Of a DNA stretch of 64,000 nucleotides, positions 63,550-64,000 are shown piece by piece. The notes under the pieces were generated by a model that did no database searches, was not told the origin of the DNA, and was given only the letters and a program-made list of their open reading frames with translations. Origin of the DNA: Planctomycetota bacterium (lineage in GTDB: Bacteria > Planctomycetota > MHYJ01 > WSZJ01); assembly GCA_038060895.1 (NCBI GenBank), contig JBBTCT010000009.1, positions 112,082-176,081 on the forward strand. Reading direction: 5' to 3'. Position numbers and translations under genes: made by a program. Numbering within the stretch: the stretch's first letter is position 1; every line of letters begins with the position of its first letter.

Positions 63550-64000
63550 TTATGCCACCCTGACGGGTTTTTCAGCATTTCCCGCCGAAGCGTTGGCCGC
63601 GCGGGCGTCCAACCCGAACTCAAGCAAAACGAGGGCCACGGCCAGCATGAGCAGCCACGGGGCGAGTTCCTTCGGCGGTGAGGGAATCGGTGCGGGGCCG
63701 GACGCGGGGCCTTCCAGGAGTGCGAGCAGGTCTGGTCGCGCTCCCGCCGTCGCATACTCGGCAGGCCAGGGACGTGAAGTGGCGGCGCGGGTGGGGCCGG
63801 CGGAGAGCGTGAACCGTCCGGCGGCGGGTTCGGGAATCCTGGCGCTGAAGCGGCTCGATCCGTGCCGCACGAGAGTCACGGCGCGGGTCGCGCCGTCGGG
63901 GAGAGTGAGTTCCGCCGTCACGGCCGCATCCTCTCCCGGCGTCAGCGGCTGCCAGTCCGCGAGCAGGTCGTCCGCCTCCACGGAGAGCGTGAGCTTTCCT
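63550..64000 (-). CDS. 3' end of a membrane protein (truncated by window end)
   Basis: Open frame to window edge; PAEY...LAPWLLMLAVALVLLEF C-terminal TM. Confidence 0.6.
   Translation of the reverse strand, partial: GKLTLSVEADDLLADWQPLTPGEDAAVTAELTLPDGATRAVTLVRHGSSRFSARIPEPAAGRFTLSAGPTRAATSRPWPAEYATAGARPDLLALLEGPASGPAPIPSPPKELAPWLLMLAVALVLLEFGLDARAANASAGNAEKPVRVA

Overview
GC-rich, gene-dense bacterial chromosomal window. The gene content (secreted Trx/PDZ proteins, squalene-cyclase-like proteins, ECF/PDZ/HtrA cluster, DUF4388/MglAB) suggests a Planctomycetota/PVC-like or similar uncultured lineage; this is inference. Housekeeping content: mreBCD-mrdA-rodA, yebC, pdxA, moaC, aas, rpmH, ygiQ, PMM/PGM, CBS/CGL transsulfuration genes, a copper-resistance operon, an ABC module and a VapBC-type TA pair. 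The main result is three genes that the ORF track splits at in-frame TGA codons and that read as secreted selenoproteins. Two are tandem thioredoxin-like/CxxCH/PDZ paralogs, each with TWO UGA codons in a U-V-P-U-x-S-C motif followed by an identically placed hairpin with a compensatory base-pair swap (SECIS-like). The third is deiodinase-like (GSYT-U-SPF). Other highlights: a five-gene transmembrane-receptor/roadblock/MglA GTPase operon in which MglA has a Pro/Gln linker and a Cys plus hydrophobic tail; an ECF sigma/double-ZAS anti-sigma/PDZ/pseudo-HtrA/HtrA operon; a candidate structured leader RNA upstream of cystathionine gamma-lyase; a sigma54-driven small secreted peptide; an extended L34; several palindromic intergenic repeat families; and focal G/C codon-skew switches. 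No rRNA, tRNA, CRISPR array or transposase was recognised.
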